Below the pieces are notes generated by a model. The model saw only the letters and a program-made list of their open reading frames with translations. It had not been told where the DNA came from and searched no databases. Below, piece after piece: positions 39,701 to 53,565 of a DNA stretch of 64,000 nt (the stretch's first letter is position 1; the number at the start of each line of letters is the position of its first letter). A program made the position numbers and the translations under genes. The DNA comes from Azolla caroliniana (Eukaryota > Plantae > Polypodiophyta), in assembly GCA_043228905.1 (NCBI GenBank), contig JBHGNT010000014.1, positions 6,448,001 through 6,512,000 on the forward strand, given 5' to 3'.

Positions 39701-42159
39701 ATGAATATCACCTTACGCGCATGTTCAAAGATAGTCCGATCACGACCCGACTGAGCGGACCACAAGAGCCTTTGAGCGATCAAAGCACATCACGACCTAG
39801 CCTGAAGATGGACAAAGGCAAGGTGAAAATGGCGGAATACGAAGACGATCACTTCACCGACGATGAGTCAACTCACTCACTCGACAGTGAGTTCGGCGGT
39901 TTCGAGGTACCAATCGGAGCAAAGAAAGCCCTCATCTCTGCAAATGAAAAGCTCCGCCGATCCACTCGTGAAAAGAACCCCGTAAGCCGATTCGGCTACA
40001 ACGATTATATGGCGTACCATTACACCTTTATGATGAAGGTAGCGACAGTACAGGAGCCGGAAACCTTTTCGGAAGCCGCGAAGGACCCGCGATGGATCGA
40101 AGCAATGAACGAGGAGATGCAGGCACTACGGAAGAATGAGACGTGGGATCTTGTTCCCACCTCACAACACAAAAAGGCGATCGGATGCAGATGGATCTAC
40201 AAGGTGAAGTATAACGCCGATGGCTTCGTAAACTGCTACAAAGCGCGACTCGTAGCAAAAGGCTACGCCCAAACGCACAGAGTTGACTACAAGGAGACCT
40301 TTGCCCCCGTGGCAAAGATGACAACAGTGCGGACCGTAATTGCGATTGCTGCGGTGAAAGGGTGGCACCTCCATGAAATGGATGTCAAGAACGCCTTTCT
40401 ACAAGGTGAATTAGAAGAGGAGGTGTACATGATCCAACCACCTGGCTTCAACTCGAGCACCCATCCGAAAGCGGTTTGCCGACTCAAGAAGCCACTCTAC
40501 GGCCTCAAGCAAGCACCGCGTGCTTGGCATTCGAAGATAACGCAATATCTTCATCAAATCGGCTTCCGTATGTCAAAATCGGACAACTCCCTCTACATAC
40601 GAAACGATTCCGCAAGTCCGATCATCATCATTTTATATGTGGATGACCTAGTCATTGGAGGTGAGCATCTCATCGAAATCAATAAAGTCAAATCCCTCCT
40701 TTCCAACAAGTTTGAGATGACGGACATGAAGGAGCTCCACTACTTCCTCGGCATCGAGGTAATTCGGACTCTGGCCGGAATCATGATCTCTCAACGACAC
40801 TACATCCTCAACTTGTTATACAAGTTCGGGATGGCTGAGTGCAAATCCGTGACAACCCCGCTCAATCGAAATCTCAAACTAGATGCGAACTCCGCCACCA
40901 AAGCGTGTGAGCCGACTCAGTATCGACAACTCATCGGGAGTCTCATCTACCTCATGATCACACGACCCGATCTCAGTTATCCGGTCGGTCTCCTTAGCCA
41001 ATTCATGCAAACACCGCGTGATACTCACTTGGATTGCGCTAAGCGAGTTCTACGCTACATGAGTGGCACAATGGATTGTGGCATCCTCTACAAGACCATG
41101 ATGCCAATACGACTCGAGGGGTACACAGACGCCGATTGGGCCGGCTACAAAGTTGACAGAAGATCAACCTCCGGATTTGTTTTCTCCCTCGGCAGTGGAG
41201 CAATATCCTGGAGTAGCAAGAAGCAGCCCACCGTCGCTCTTTCGAGTACGGAGGCGGACTATAGGGGCGCAACTGTAGTTGCGTGTGAAGCCGTATGGCT
41301 CAAGAGGATTTTGAAGGATCTGGGCATACCCATCAAGGATCTGACTTCCCTTTACTGCGACAACATGAGCAGTATCTATCTGGCTCGGAACCCGATGTTC
41401 CACGCGCGGACAAAGCACATCGAAGTGCACTATCACTTCATCCGAGAGCGCGTTCTGGCTGGCGATGTCAACCTACAACACATTAGCACTAATCTTCAAA
41501 CGACCGACATCTTCACTAAAGCCTTGGGAGCCGACAAGATGTGGCAATTCATGACTGATCTCGGGTTGACGATCCTTGACCTGCCAAGCTTGAGGGGGAG
41601 TACTGAAGACACTACGCAATAACGCGTGGATTCCGCAACCACGCAATGAAGCAGTGAAGAGCCGATCTACAACGCAAAGCCGCAAAGAAAGACGCAAGCC
41701 GAAGCATAGACTTCGTAACTACACACAACGCAAGCTGGAGCACGAATTCCGCAACTCCGCATAAGGCGAGCCGACACGAGTCGACGCGGACTCCGAACGT
41801 GAATTGAAGCGGATTTCGGATACCGTCTGAAACCGACCTGACTTGAGCTTGAGGGGGCGTGTTGAGAATCAAGCTCAACTTGGTCTAGTGTGTGAACTCA
41901 CCTTGAGAGTGAAGAGACACCTCAACGGTCAAGAGTCACCATTATGTCAGCACTTTGTATTCTAGCATTTAGTATGAGTCATAGAATCATATTCTATGAC
42001 ACATAACTTATGAGCTTTCACATTCCCCATGCTCCATGAACCTTGTAGTTGATGAAGAGAGAGGGTGACTACATAAAGCACCCTCCTCCCACCTTGTATA
42101 GGGTTGTGTCTTTCTCCTTTGTTAATATACTTTTACCTTGCGTATTCTTTGTGTTTTTA

Positions 42160-42191
<32 letters not shown>

Positions 42192-42249
42192 CACACACAT
42201 AACTCACATCTCTTCCGCTTCACAAGAATCCATCTCTTGATTCTTTACA
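36772..42249 (+). mobile_element. Full-length Ty1/copia element, TSD GGAGT
   Basis: LTRs 36772-37154 and 41860-42249; PBS TGGTATCAGAGC at 37155; PPT before 41860; TSD at 36767-36771 and 42250-42254. Confidence 0.97.
37314..41622 (+). pseudogene. Copia gag-pol with several frameshifts/stops; 774-aa intact INT-RT-RNase H part at 39298-41622
   Basis: CGYCGKLGHHEEEC, WFVDSGASNHM, LRSDGGKEY, YVDD and DADWAG motifs. Confidence 0.95.
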
Positions 42250-45200
42250 GGAGTGCATCTGACAGCTTTCGGAAGTCGTCACGAACCGATGCACGTCTCG
42301 GTACAGTCCCAACCACTAGTACTTCCCCTTTAGCTTCTCGAACGTGGCCCACGTTCCGCGGTGTCCGGCCCAGGGACTCTTGTGGTAGGCCTCCAACAAC
42401 TCCTGTTCCTCCTTCTTCGCCACCACTCGGAGCAGGATGCCGTCCGTCTTCTTCGGGTGCTTCCATATGTACTCGTCCCGAAGGAAGAATCGGTACGCTT
42501 TCTTCCGGATCCGGTTGGTCTCTTCCTTTGTCCACGCCGCGTTCGGTGTCATTGTTTTCAGGAGCCCGCCGATCTGGAGCCACTCCCCATCATACTTGCT
42601 CTCGTCGAATTCGTTAAGCGCCGGAGTGCTCCCCTTTCTGGTCGTCACGTATGTCGCCTCGAAGAAATCTATGACGACTTCCTCATCCTCCGAAACCATG
42701 TCGTCCTTGTTTTCGAACCTCGCCCTTGAGAGCATGTCGGCCATGGCATTGTCCTTCCCGGAAATGTGTCGTATCTCCGGATTCAGGGACTTGAAGTACG
42801 CTATCCACCGGAGCATTGCCAGGTCCGGCGTCGCGCATCCGGAAACCATGCCGAGAATTGGCAGGCAGTCCGTCTCGATTATTACCTCTGTCCCGATCAG
42901 GTAGTCTTTATCCGCCTTCACCGCCGAAACGATACCCCAGAGTTCGCGTTTAACTTTGGCGTATCCTCGCTGCCGCACACTAAGGACCTTCACGCCGAAC
43001 CGGATGGGGAACCTCGTGCCAACGTCATCCTCTTGGTTGATCACCTACCCGATCCCGGTCGTGTCCACCGTCACGTAGATGGGGATGTCCTTGCCGTAAG
43101 CCACTTTACGGAGAGCTGGTGCTACCGTAAGCGCCTCCTTTAGTCTCCGGACCGACTCCGTGTGCTCCATCCTCCACTCGAACCTACGCCCTTTCTTCAA
43201 TAGCTCGTAGAGTGGCTCCGCAACATGCGCGTAGTGTAGAATCCAGATGTGGTAGAACGCGCACGCCCCCAAGAATTTGCGGACCTCCGTAACCGACCCG
43301 CAGTCGTCCTTCATTGCGGAGATGGCTTCTACCTTTGCCGGAGACGGTTTCCTACCGTAAGGCCCGCACAAGTGTCCGACCACCAAGATCTCTGACTGCC
43401 CGAACACCAATTTTTCTCCAGAGAAGGTGAGTCGTGCGCTCTCGAGCCTCTGCAACACCTTCTCGCAGTCGTTGATGTGGTTCACGACGAACCTCCGACA
43501 TCTATCCGACTCAACAGTCTTGTCCGCATCTTCCACCGGACAACCCTTTATCGGGATGTCATCCAAGAATGGCATGGTGATGTCCGGGATGCAGTCCCTC
43601 AACACTTTGTTCATTGCGTTCACCATATGCGCCACCGACTTCGTCCCTCCTTGTGGTAGGGTACACATCCATACTAGGCCGAGAGGGGTTCGCATCCTCG
43701 TGATATCCCTGCTCTCCATGACTAGCTGGAACTGGTCGTACCCTGAGTATAAGTCACCGACCGAATAGATCGACCTCCCAGCGAAGGCCTCCGTGAACTC
43801 GTCTATGGTCGGTCCGATTCCTGCATTACAAATGGTCACCCTGTTGACCGGTTGCAGGTCCTGAATGAAGCGCAACGTGTCGTTCTTCTTCGGCACCGTA
43901 AACCACCGATTCGAATACGGGGCACTCAACGGTTCGAGGATGCCCATCTCCAACTTTTGCTTCAGAAGCTCCATCAACTTTGGGATGTGAGCTCTCGGCA
44001 CCGGAATCGGTTTGAGATTCCACAGTACATGCGGTACCGTGAAGATCACCATTGGTTCGACGATCGTCGGGTCCACGCACCCGATCTCCTCCGGCCAGAA
44101 TGCGAAGGCTTTCCCATGCCTTCCAAGCATTCTCCGAAACCTGTTCTCCTCCGCCGGCAGTAGAAAGCCACCCCCACCAACCTTGAGCTCTCGTAGCGTT
44201 ATGTCGGTGAACCGGTGCCCTATGCCAGCCGGATTCCGTAAACTTGGGTCCGACGCGACCCCTTTTATCCACTCCTCGCTGCCCTCTGGCAAGGGTGTCG
44301 CGACTGGCCTCATCTTCCGGTCCACAATCTTGTACTTTGTATCCATGCGGGCTGTTTGATCCGACTCGAGCCCGTTACAGAAGTCAACGATGACTTTGTA
44401 CATCCCTTCCGAACATATCGGAATCGTCCGGTCCTCTTTAAGGCCTCCTCCGACTACCCCTCGTAATTGTCCCAAGGTGTCGTCGAAGGAGACTGCCTCC
44501 ACGGCTCCGTTGATTTCCTCTCCAGGGCCGAGGACTCCGCATGCCCGAAGTCGCTCCTCCGCCCTCTTCTTCTCCCGGCCAATGACGCGGACAATCGTAC
44601 AACCCCCGTTGTCGGAGAACCAAAATTTCCTACTTATAGTACAGGTTTTCTTCCCTACTGTACATTTGTGGGGTTTTTCTGGGGTGTCCGGACTATCATG
44701 GCCCCAAGCGTTGATAACCCTCTCTAAAAATCCCCTCGGGTTTCGTCACCGAGGGTCTCGTGGTTACGCTCATGGTTTGGTCGCACCGTCAGGAACTGGA
44801 CCAAGTGACGCTCATCCTGGCTCTTGACTCTTGCATAGGACGAACCGTTGTCCAACACCTTCGTCTCCATCCGTGCTGCCGTGATGTATGGTTCTCCTAG
44901 TATAACTGGATGTGAGGACGTCTCCTGCACGAAGAAGTGCTGGTCGATCTCGACATCGCCGATTTTCACCCGTACGTTCGGGCAGGCTCCATGTAGTTCT
45001 TCCGTGGCGCGCGTCACTGCCCGTATTTTCCAGCCGTGTTTGGTGTTGATCGGCCATTTCCCCTTTTTGTAGAAGTCCATGGACATCAAGTTTATTTCTG
45101 AACCGTGGTCCACCAACGCCACCACTGGCTCCTGGACATCCCTGATCTTAACAGGGGTCTCCGTGGTCGCTCTGGCCCAGTGTGGCCTTGAATAGTGGCT

Positions 45201-46864
45201 CTTCGCCAGCTCGTCTTCTAGCACCATGTCCTCTATGTGCGTCGTTCGCACTTCCACCGGCTTCTCCGGCTCTGGCTCTGTCGACAACCTCTTCCTCTTG
45301 ACCAAGTCTACGATGGAGTCGTGGAACTCCCGAGCACTTCCCTCAGCGACAACTCCACTTTGCTGCCGAGGATAAGTTCCTCCAGGACCTTTCGCAAGTC
45401 CGTGGTCCTTTCGATTTCCGTGCTCAATCGATACCCGACCTTCTTGGCTTTATTCGGTGCGCCGGTCGCACCGGCCTCATTCTGCCTTTGACCGAATCGG
45501 CTCTCGTACCGTTGCGAGGGTCCGGCCCCTCCGGTTTTACCTACTCGCTTGTCTTCCACTAGAGCCTCGTAGTTCTGGCATGCGGCTTCAAGGAAGCCCA
45601 TCTTCTCTTCGACCGGGTCACTCCACCTGGTTACCTCTCAGACCCGTTTTTCCGCGCGGTCCGCTTCTTATTTCCTTAGTCGTGCGCCGGTGAGGCCTTC
45701 CAGCATCAGCGGCCAGAATCCGGCTTCATTCGTCTTCCGGGCCTCACCACCTCCGACCTGGATCCCAGCCAACGCCGAGTAGTGGACGGTCTCCGTGTGG
45801 CGAGCCGCCGCTTCTTCCATTAGCCGTTTCATACCCCCTCGTCCGACATTCAGGTCCAGGGCCCTTCGGGTCTCGCTAGCGTGCACCCGACCGTTCCATA
45901 AGTACACCACGTTGGCTCTCATTGCCTCGGCGAAGTCCCTGCAATCCTTCCGGACGTGGCCGACCGCGTCGCACCACAAACACCGGTTTCCAGCTAGAGG
46001 CCTTTGGTCACGGGCCTGTTCGCCGCCGTCCCTCCGTGCCTGTGCAATTTGGAGGTCCTTTACCATCCTAGTCAGCTCCTCTAGAGCTGCTCCTCTGGAC
46101 GAGCCTTTGACCATGCTGGTCGAAGGCAATCCGGTCTCGAGCCAGTCTCGGATCTCTTCCCTTCGCGCTGGCGGGGTTGGCTCGAGTTTCCTTGCTGCTA
46201 CAGAGCCCGCCCCTGTTGACCCTTTATCGACCCACTCTCGCCGTTTGTCGAAACGGCCACAGACTCTCTTCACCACGGCCCACTCGGCCGTCAGCCCGTC
46301 ATCAGTCTCTAGCAGGAGACCCACTTGCTCCTGGTCCCTCGCATCCACTGACTTAACGAACAATAGGACGCGACTTGTGTCTAGTACGGTCCGGTCGAGC
46401 GTCGAAAGACGTGCGAAGCGTTCTTCAAACTCCCGGAGGAGCACCATCGCGTTTCTCCCCTTTTCGGGGGTCTCTACCCAATCCATGAAGTCCCGTTTCG
46501 AGAGCCGAAGCACATCATCAAGCCCGTATTTTTCGAGGAGCCGACCTTCAAACTCTTCCTAGGTCCGGCTCTCAGCCCGTACCTCGAGCACCTCCGCGTG
46601 GATGCCCGACATTGCCACCCGAGGGAATCCGGTCAATCGCCTTTCTTCCGGAATGTCCCTCATTACCATCTCGGCCCGGTAGGCCTCCAAATAGCTCGTG
46701 GCGTCCTTCCCACCGAACCGGCCTATCGCGCCGACGACCGCTTCAATAGCCCTATCGAGGGCGCCTGTGCCTTCGCGCGCACTCACTATCCAATCCACAG
46801 CCGAAGCCATGGCTTCCGCGAGATCCAACCCCCTCATCTTTCTATTCCTCTGCCGCCTTTTCAC
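42250..46864 (-). pseudogene. Gypsy gag (CCHC), protease, RT, RNase H and start of integrase, with stops/frameshifts
   Basis: CLWCDAVGHVRKDC; ALVDHGSEIN; DLYSGYDQ, LPQG, FLDD; NAMADMLSR; HKSPWAGHRG. Confidence 0.92.
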
Positions 46865-48569
46865 GTCGGGTTCACCAAATATGTCGCGTTGTTACGCGCG
46901 TGCGTAGGGAACGAGGCGGGACCACCGGGGTCTTGGACCGAGAAATACTTGAGAAGGAGGAAGGCAACAGACGCTCTTGCACACACACAGACGCGGGAGC
47001 ACACAAGAATCACAGTCCAACAACACAACAAAACGAGACGTCTAGAAGTCCGAGTATATGAACACGTATGTATATTAATATATGTATATATATCGAGACG
47101 GTTACAACTAACAGGCCGGCAAGGCGAACACCGACGCCTGTTCACTCGCACACACAGAAGAGCGAGATGGAGGCTTTGCCAAAAGCACACGGGCGTTCCA
47201 CGGAGCAGAGTCAGCCTCCCGAAAACTTGCGCTAAAATGACTATGGAAAGTGGCAGAGGAGAAGGGCTCGGTCCTAGTCCGGCAACACTTCGTCCTCTCT
47301 AACGCGCAATGCCCTTTTCCTTCCTCTCCCTCTCTTTTATAGCCCAAGGAGGGAGGCCGTTATCATCCGTTACATCACATTGATTCTCTGTCCTTTCGGA
47401 CAGAGATACCTCTCGATTCTCTCCCTATTGAATGCGTGCTACCTAGGATTTCACCTCAGCTGACCTGTACCTACCTACTTACTATACAACGAAAAGTGTG
47501 CTCGCGTGTAAGGCCGGTTTACACATGCTAAATTCGGTTTCCGCCTAGGGATGATTTTCTTCACGACACCGTTCGTCCTCCGTTCGTTCTTCATTACTCA
47601 GATAAACCTGGTTGGCTGGATTCTCCCCGCTCTGTTGCACTCTTTCTTGTTCGTATGCCGAGTCCAAACCCAGTGTCAACTGTAGCGGTTTATCTTCAAA
47701 TGCTTCCAAAATCTTCCGGATTTCATCTTTGTACTTGGGCCATTGCTTGAAAATCGTCAGATAATTCTTCTCAAATTGTGAGGATGCTTTTTTCATCCAT
47801 CTTGTAGAAATGATCCCCAACTTTCACCCTATTCTTTGCATTTGCCAGGAGCACATGTAATTCTGCCGCCTGCCCCAACCATTCCTTCCATATCACAACC
47901 GAGAGTTCTTCAAGTTTTTCTGTCATCCGCATTTGACAGTTTTCCATAATTATCCAGATTCGTTTTATGCCCATCTCTATCTTTTTTTCTTGGGCCTGTT
48001 TCTCCTATTTTAGCCTCTTGATTTGTTGGATTGCTGCTTTTGATTGAATCTCGTATGTTGTTAGTTGAGTTTAATATTTCGTTTGGACTTTTGTCAACAC
48101 TTCTTGAGAACGTGCAAATCAACCGGTTCTGATCCTCCAGTAGCTTTGTCTTTTCCATTGCAGCTTCTTCTCTCATCTTTTCCTTCGTTTCGTCAAAGAA
48201 TGTCTCCTGCTTCCACAGGGCCTCGTGCTTTTCCTTTAATTCCGCTCACACATCCTTGAGCTTCTCTCGTTGCCGGCCACACTCCTTTTCCTTCTCCTTG
48301 TGATCCCGATACAATTTCTTGAAATCGGCTTGCATGTCCTTTAAGCGTCGGTGGACCTGTGCCCGCACTCGATCATCCCGCTCCTTTTGTTGCCGGAGCT
48401 CTTCTTGCAACCGTTTGATGTTTGTTTTTTCCATCCATCGGAGTTTATCCCTTTCTTGTTGCAATACATCCTTCTCTTCCTTCATCTGGTTTAGACTTTC
48501 TTGAACCATCCGGAGTGCTTCTTCCAGCTTCTTCTTTTCTTCTTCTGCCTTTCCCCAATATCTTGGACA

Positions 48570-49231
48570 TCTTGTATCGAAGAGTCTACTGATTTGTCGA
48601 CCACAGAAGTAGAGTATGTTGCAGCGAGTGAAGCATGTAAGGAAGCTATATGGCTTTCTAGATTAGCTCGTGACATGGGCATACCTCAACTTGTACCCAT
48701 GTTGTTTTGTGATAGTCAGAGTGCCATTGCATTGGCAAAAAACCCCAATATACCATGCAAAGACCACTTGCACATTGGAGTGCAATACCACATCATCCAA
48801 GAATGCATAACTATAGGCTACATTGGTCTTGAGAGGGTTGTCTCTCAAGAAAATGCTGCAAATGCATTGACCAAAGCTATCCGCATGATGTGCTAGACCA
48901 TTGTTGTCACTTGAGGGGAATTACTAAATTCATCAAGTATGATATGTATACTGCGTAATATATTCATCAAGTATGATATGCAAGACTTGTACAATCTTCC
49001 CATTAGTTTTGTTGATTCTTTTTGGCCTTTAGTGAGAGATTGATACATAGTGAGAAAGCGAAAAAGGTAATTCTCACTATTTATGAGTAAATATATAACT
49101 TAACATGTTAGAAGGGTTTTTTTTGTGTGTATCCGCCAAAGCATTGTGTGTGTGTTGCTTCTTTCTCTGGTTTCCCATCATTTTTCTCTTCAAGTAAAAC
49201 AACTCGGCCACTTCTACCTCGCCCGACAACA
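48570..49231 (+). mobile_element. Copia RNase H remnant, PPT and probable 3' LTR
   Basis: STTEVEYVAASEACKEAIWL and FCDSQSAIALAKNP; ttgagggga at ~48912; LTR end uncertain. Confidence 0.7.
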
Positions 49232-50027
49232 TGACAAACATTTCTTGGTTGTGTTGGGCTCATGTTCCAAAGACTAGTAATTTTTTAACTTTACAAACAT
49301 AGTAACTTTATAACGTTACAAACATAGTAAGTTTATAACTTTAGAAACATAGTATATGTCATAATTGATGTTGTATATGCACCAAAAAGATATGATATTG
49401 AGTAACTTTACTTAAAATCAATTCCATTTTCCACAAAAGATGGTAACATCATTGGACAATGATATGGAGGTATTTGAGTCAATGTTACATTTGTTTTGTG
49501 TTATGGAGGTATTTGAATCAATGTTACATTTGTTTTGATTATATGTAGTTGTCGATGGACCTTTGTGCTAGAGCTCAAAAAATATTATGTACATCTATGC
49601 CATTAACAAAAGTTAAATAAAGTAAATGGATTACGAGTTGGGAATAATTGGACATTTCTCTGAAGATCCCCCCATCCTTCTAATAATTGTAGGTTACTTA
49701 CTTACTTACTCAAGGGTTAGTAGAGTAGACTTTTGATTTGTTTTATACGTCATAAAGTTGCGCGTCCTTTGTAACTCTGCATTTGTTTTTCTTTTAATTC
49801 CTTGGGAGTCAACAGTACATGTGGCCTTGCTCATAGCCACACAATGAATGGGCCCATTCATAGTTGGACTATTATCATTCTCCACATTTGTTTACTTATC
49901 GTAGAGAGCAAGTTTGCAGAGAGGGTTACTTATACTTCGATTGCTCCGCCCTTCAATTGAGGAAGATGGTGTTGTAGGATTCAGTGTTACTTACATTCAT
50001 TCCACCATCTACTTTTGGAAGTATTTA

Positions 50028-51678
50028 ATGGAGACACTATGGAGCATCATCTTCCTAGCTTCTTTGGCAACAACTCTCATTGTGTTATGGCTAGGACATA
50101 TTACATGGGCGAGGAGGAGGAGGAGGAGATGGCGTACCCTCCCACCAGGCCCCTTCCCATTTCCCATTCTCGGCAACCTTCCACATTTAATGATTGCAGG
50201 TGGGAACCGGCACCGATACTTTGCTAGGCTTGCCAAGGAATATGGTCCCATATTTTCTCTTCAGCTCGGATCCACACCTGTCATTGTCTTGTCGAGCCCA
50301 TCCCTTGCTCGCGCTGTCCTTCAGACTCACGACAAGACGTTTGCGAGCCGTCCTCCCCTCATCAATGCGAGGCTCCTCATGGGTGATGAGTATGGGGAAA
50401 AGATTGTGACTTTGCTCCCTTATGCCGATGAATGGAAAGAGCTTCGGAAGCTTTACATCGACCAACTGTTTACTCCACGCCGGATCGGAGAGTTCCAGAT
50501 GGATATAGTCCCCCACGAGATTCGTCGGCTTATCGAGACTCAGCTCGTTCCCGCGAGCCATGCGGGTGATGCCATCAATCTAACAGCTTGCATCGAGAGA
50601 CTGATTGAGGACATCATCTGCCGTATCATAGTCCGTCAAAGGTCTGAGAATTTCTTCCATGAGTCTACGACAAACATTGGGACACATTTGAGCCTGTCAA
50701 GCCTCATTCATGGCCTCACAGATTTACTTGGAGCTCCTCTTGTGAGCGAGTTCTTACCCTTCCTGGGGTTTCTGGATTACAAGACAAAGGCGGCGATGAG
50801 AAAGTGGAAATCTGGGTTCGACAGTTTCATGGATGGCGTCATCAGTGAGCGGGAGAAGGATCCGGTAGTCGTCAAGGACTTGGCTAGAGACATACTCGAC
50901 GTGCTGTTGCTGCCGGAAAACAAATTGAGTAGAGGGGTTATCAAGGCCCTCATAATGGTGAGCGATATACCAATCTCTCTAATTTTTTAGTTCAGGTCAA
51001 ATGAAAGGACCGTAATGTTTTTGTTTTCTTGCTTGCTACTTGCAGGAGCTATTCACCGCTGGGAGCCATGCAATAGGCACCACCATCGACTGGGCCATGT
51101 CCGAAGTTTTGTCTTGTCCGCGTGTCACACAAAAGCTTCGAGAGGAGTTGAATATGGTCGTTGGGCGAGATGGGTATGTTGAGTTCTCACACATCGCACG
51201 CCTACCGTACTTGCACGCCGTTGTGAAGGAAACATTGCGCTTGCATCCTCCCTCGCCTCTCATGTTCCCTCACATGTCCCTTGACGCATGTCAAGATGTG
51301 GGAGGCTATGCGATCCCCAAGGGTACGCGGGTCTTCATCAATGTCTGGGCAATTGCCCACGATCCCGAGGTATGGATCGATGACCCCGACAAGTTCTCAC
51401 CCGAGCGGTTCTTTGAAAATGGCTATACCTCTAAGGATTTGAAAGGGCAACATTTTGAGCTCCTCCCATTCGGTTCGGGGAGAAGGATGTGCCCCGGTAT
51501 AAATCTTTCCCTTCCTATATTAGATATCACACTCGCAAACTTACTTCATGCATTTGATGATTGGGAGCTTGTGCTCCCTCCTGGACAAAGCTCCTTAGAT
51601 ATGTCGGATGAATGTGGGATTGTTTGTCGCCGTGTTCAACCTCTCATTGCTTTACCTAGAAAAAAGGACATTATATAA
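50028..51678 (+). CDS. Cytochrome P450, CYP71 clan (A-type), 520 aa; exons 50028-50957 and 51046-51678
   Basis: N-terminal TM helix, basic stretch, PPGPFPFPILGNL hinge, ETLR, PERF and heme motif FGSGRRMCPG; single phase-0 GT-AG intron (88 bp) at the I-helix position typical of A-type P450s; no stops. Confidence 0.96.
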
Positions 51679-51782
51679 ATCCCAAAAAATTTGACATCCC
51701 TAATCTCAAGAATTGTATGGATAGAAAAAAGGACATTATATAAATCCCAAAAAATTTGACATCCCTAATCTCAAGAATTGTA
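51657..51782. repeat. 65-bp-period tandem duplication spanning the P450 stop codon
   Basis: tagaaaaaaggacattatataaatccc...aagaattgta at 51657 and 51722. Confidence 0.92.
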
Positions 51783-53532
51783 CATCCATAATGTTATGAA
51801 AGTTGGAATCTCCCGCATCTTCCTTTGACGTCAAAGCTCCTCACACATGTCTAATAAAAGTGTAGTTGTTTGTCATCATGCTCATCATCCATTGTTGTAC
51901 TTTCAAAAAAGTTTATTCCATAATAGGGAAGAAATTTAACATCTCTTAGCTAAAGAATCGTACATCCATAATGTATAAATGTTGGAATCCACCCCAACCA
52001 ATACTTGATTTGAAGGTTGAACACTCATCAACCACACGTTGGGTGTAGAATCCTAGTTTTGTTGAGCCATTGGAACCAAGAGTTACTCACGGGAGAAATT
52101 GGACGGTATGTGGGCATGCTTTATAAATTCATCGACCTAGTTGGAATTAATATTAGAATTTATGCCACCATGATGACTTGAATGTAAATAGCTAGAGAAG
52201 AAAATTATACACATTGCAATGCATTCTACGACACATCTGTTTGTATATATGTCTGTGGTATATATTTGTGTCTATATGGTAAATATATACATTGCACAAA
52301 TAGGTACATACACACAAATACAATATACAAACATACGTACTTGAGTGCTTAGTCTGGTTCTTCTGATTGTGTTACAACAAGCACACTTCTTTTTCTCGCC
52401 AAAGCTTTACCTCTTCCGGATCATGTTCTCTACTCGGATCGTCATTTACCCTATTCTTTTCGAAATAGCAAAGATTGATTATCAATCTCTCTTAAGCCAC
52501 TAATTGTTGTACATTAATTTAAATGAACTCCTCTTCGCTCTTACAATATTTCAATTGATTGAAGCACTTAATCAACATAGCTGAAACACTAGGACTTCGT
52601 TTTCTGATGCAACTTCTAGGTTGCTAAAATACAAGCGAGTGAGGAGAAGGGGGAGTTCATAGAAATCGAATTCCCACGGGATTGGGTCATAAACTGGTTG
52701 CTGAAGGGAGATTGGCAACCTTGCCCACATTCAATGTGCTTAAGGACTACTTGTAGTTCATGGGATAGTTGGTACTGGTCCACCAAGTCAACATAGAATT
52801 GTGTAGTATTAAATCTCTTGCATAATGACTTCCTCTGGGTGATCATCAGTGTGGATTGGTTATGGGATTTGCTAATTAACTAATTACCCTACACTTGTAG
52901 AAGAGAAATAAAATATCATGATGTCTAATATTTTCTTTTCTCATTATGAGCAAATTGATCACACATAATACTCATTTATTGAATGATAGACTTCATAAAT
53001 TTGGTCAAGATTTTTTTTATATACAACCCAATTGTCAAAGTAAACACTCTCAAATATGAGAACATTAATGATGTGTCATCAAGCATGTGTCCATATATTT
53101 TATTGATATATTTTAATTACTTTTGTTGAAATTATAGATATATGACAATATATCAATATGCATGTTACTACATATATACATCGTGTAGGTCAACAAAATA
53201 TGAGAAAAAATAAAAAAATGTAGATAATAAGAAAAGAAATGCACAATCAAAATTCGAGTGGAAAAAAGAAAACTGTCCTAGATAGGGAAAAAATCAACTT
53301 AAATTGGGGACACGAAAAAAGGAAAATACCACCATTGTTTTCCCGGTTGCCGAGATGGATGTGATGACATGTTGTAGTAAAAGTTAACTTGCTTCTTTAG
53401 TTGGTCGCATTGATTTGCTATTAAGTGCAACCTGTTGTACGTCACCTATTACAAACGGTCACAACAAAAAAAAAAGTATATATATATATAATAATGAGTA
53501 AATGATAAAATTAAAATTAAGAACAATATATA

Positions 53533-53565
<33 letters not shown>

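Larger units (their letters stand above)
35019..47568 (-). mobile_element. Full-length Ty3/gypsy element, tRNA-Trp PBS, 4-bp TSD TCGT/CCGT, integrase interrupted by a copia
   Basis: LTRs 35019-35717 and 46882-47568 (TGTCG...CGACA); PBS TGGTGAACCCGACGTGAA 46877-46860; PPT ggtgggggcgga next to 35718; order gag-PR-RT-RH-INT. Confidence 0.95.
29258..48560 (-). mobile_element. Old Gypsy element 3' part (extra ORF plus 3' LTR) in three pieces: 29258-29606, 34463-35018, 47569-~48560
   Basis: Pieces rejoin across TSD-flanked insertions; LTR and 3' UTR similarity to 58457-58950; the GDHFYKMD...EELSDDF peptide is homologous to ORF 59418-59687. Confidence 0.75.

Noticed and set aside
49914-50027. Longer P450 N-terminus given in the ORF track
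   Set aside because: Starts at a non-ATG codon; ATG 50028 directly precedes the membrane anchor
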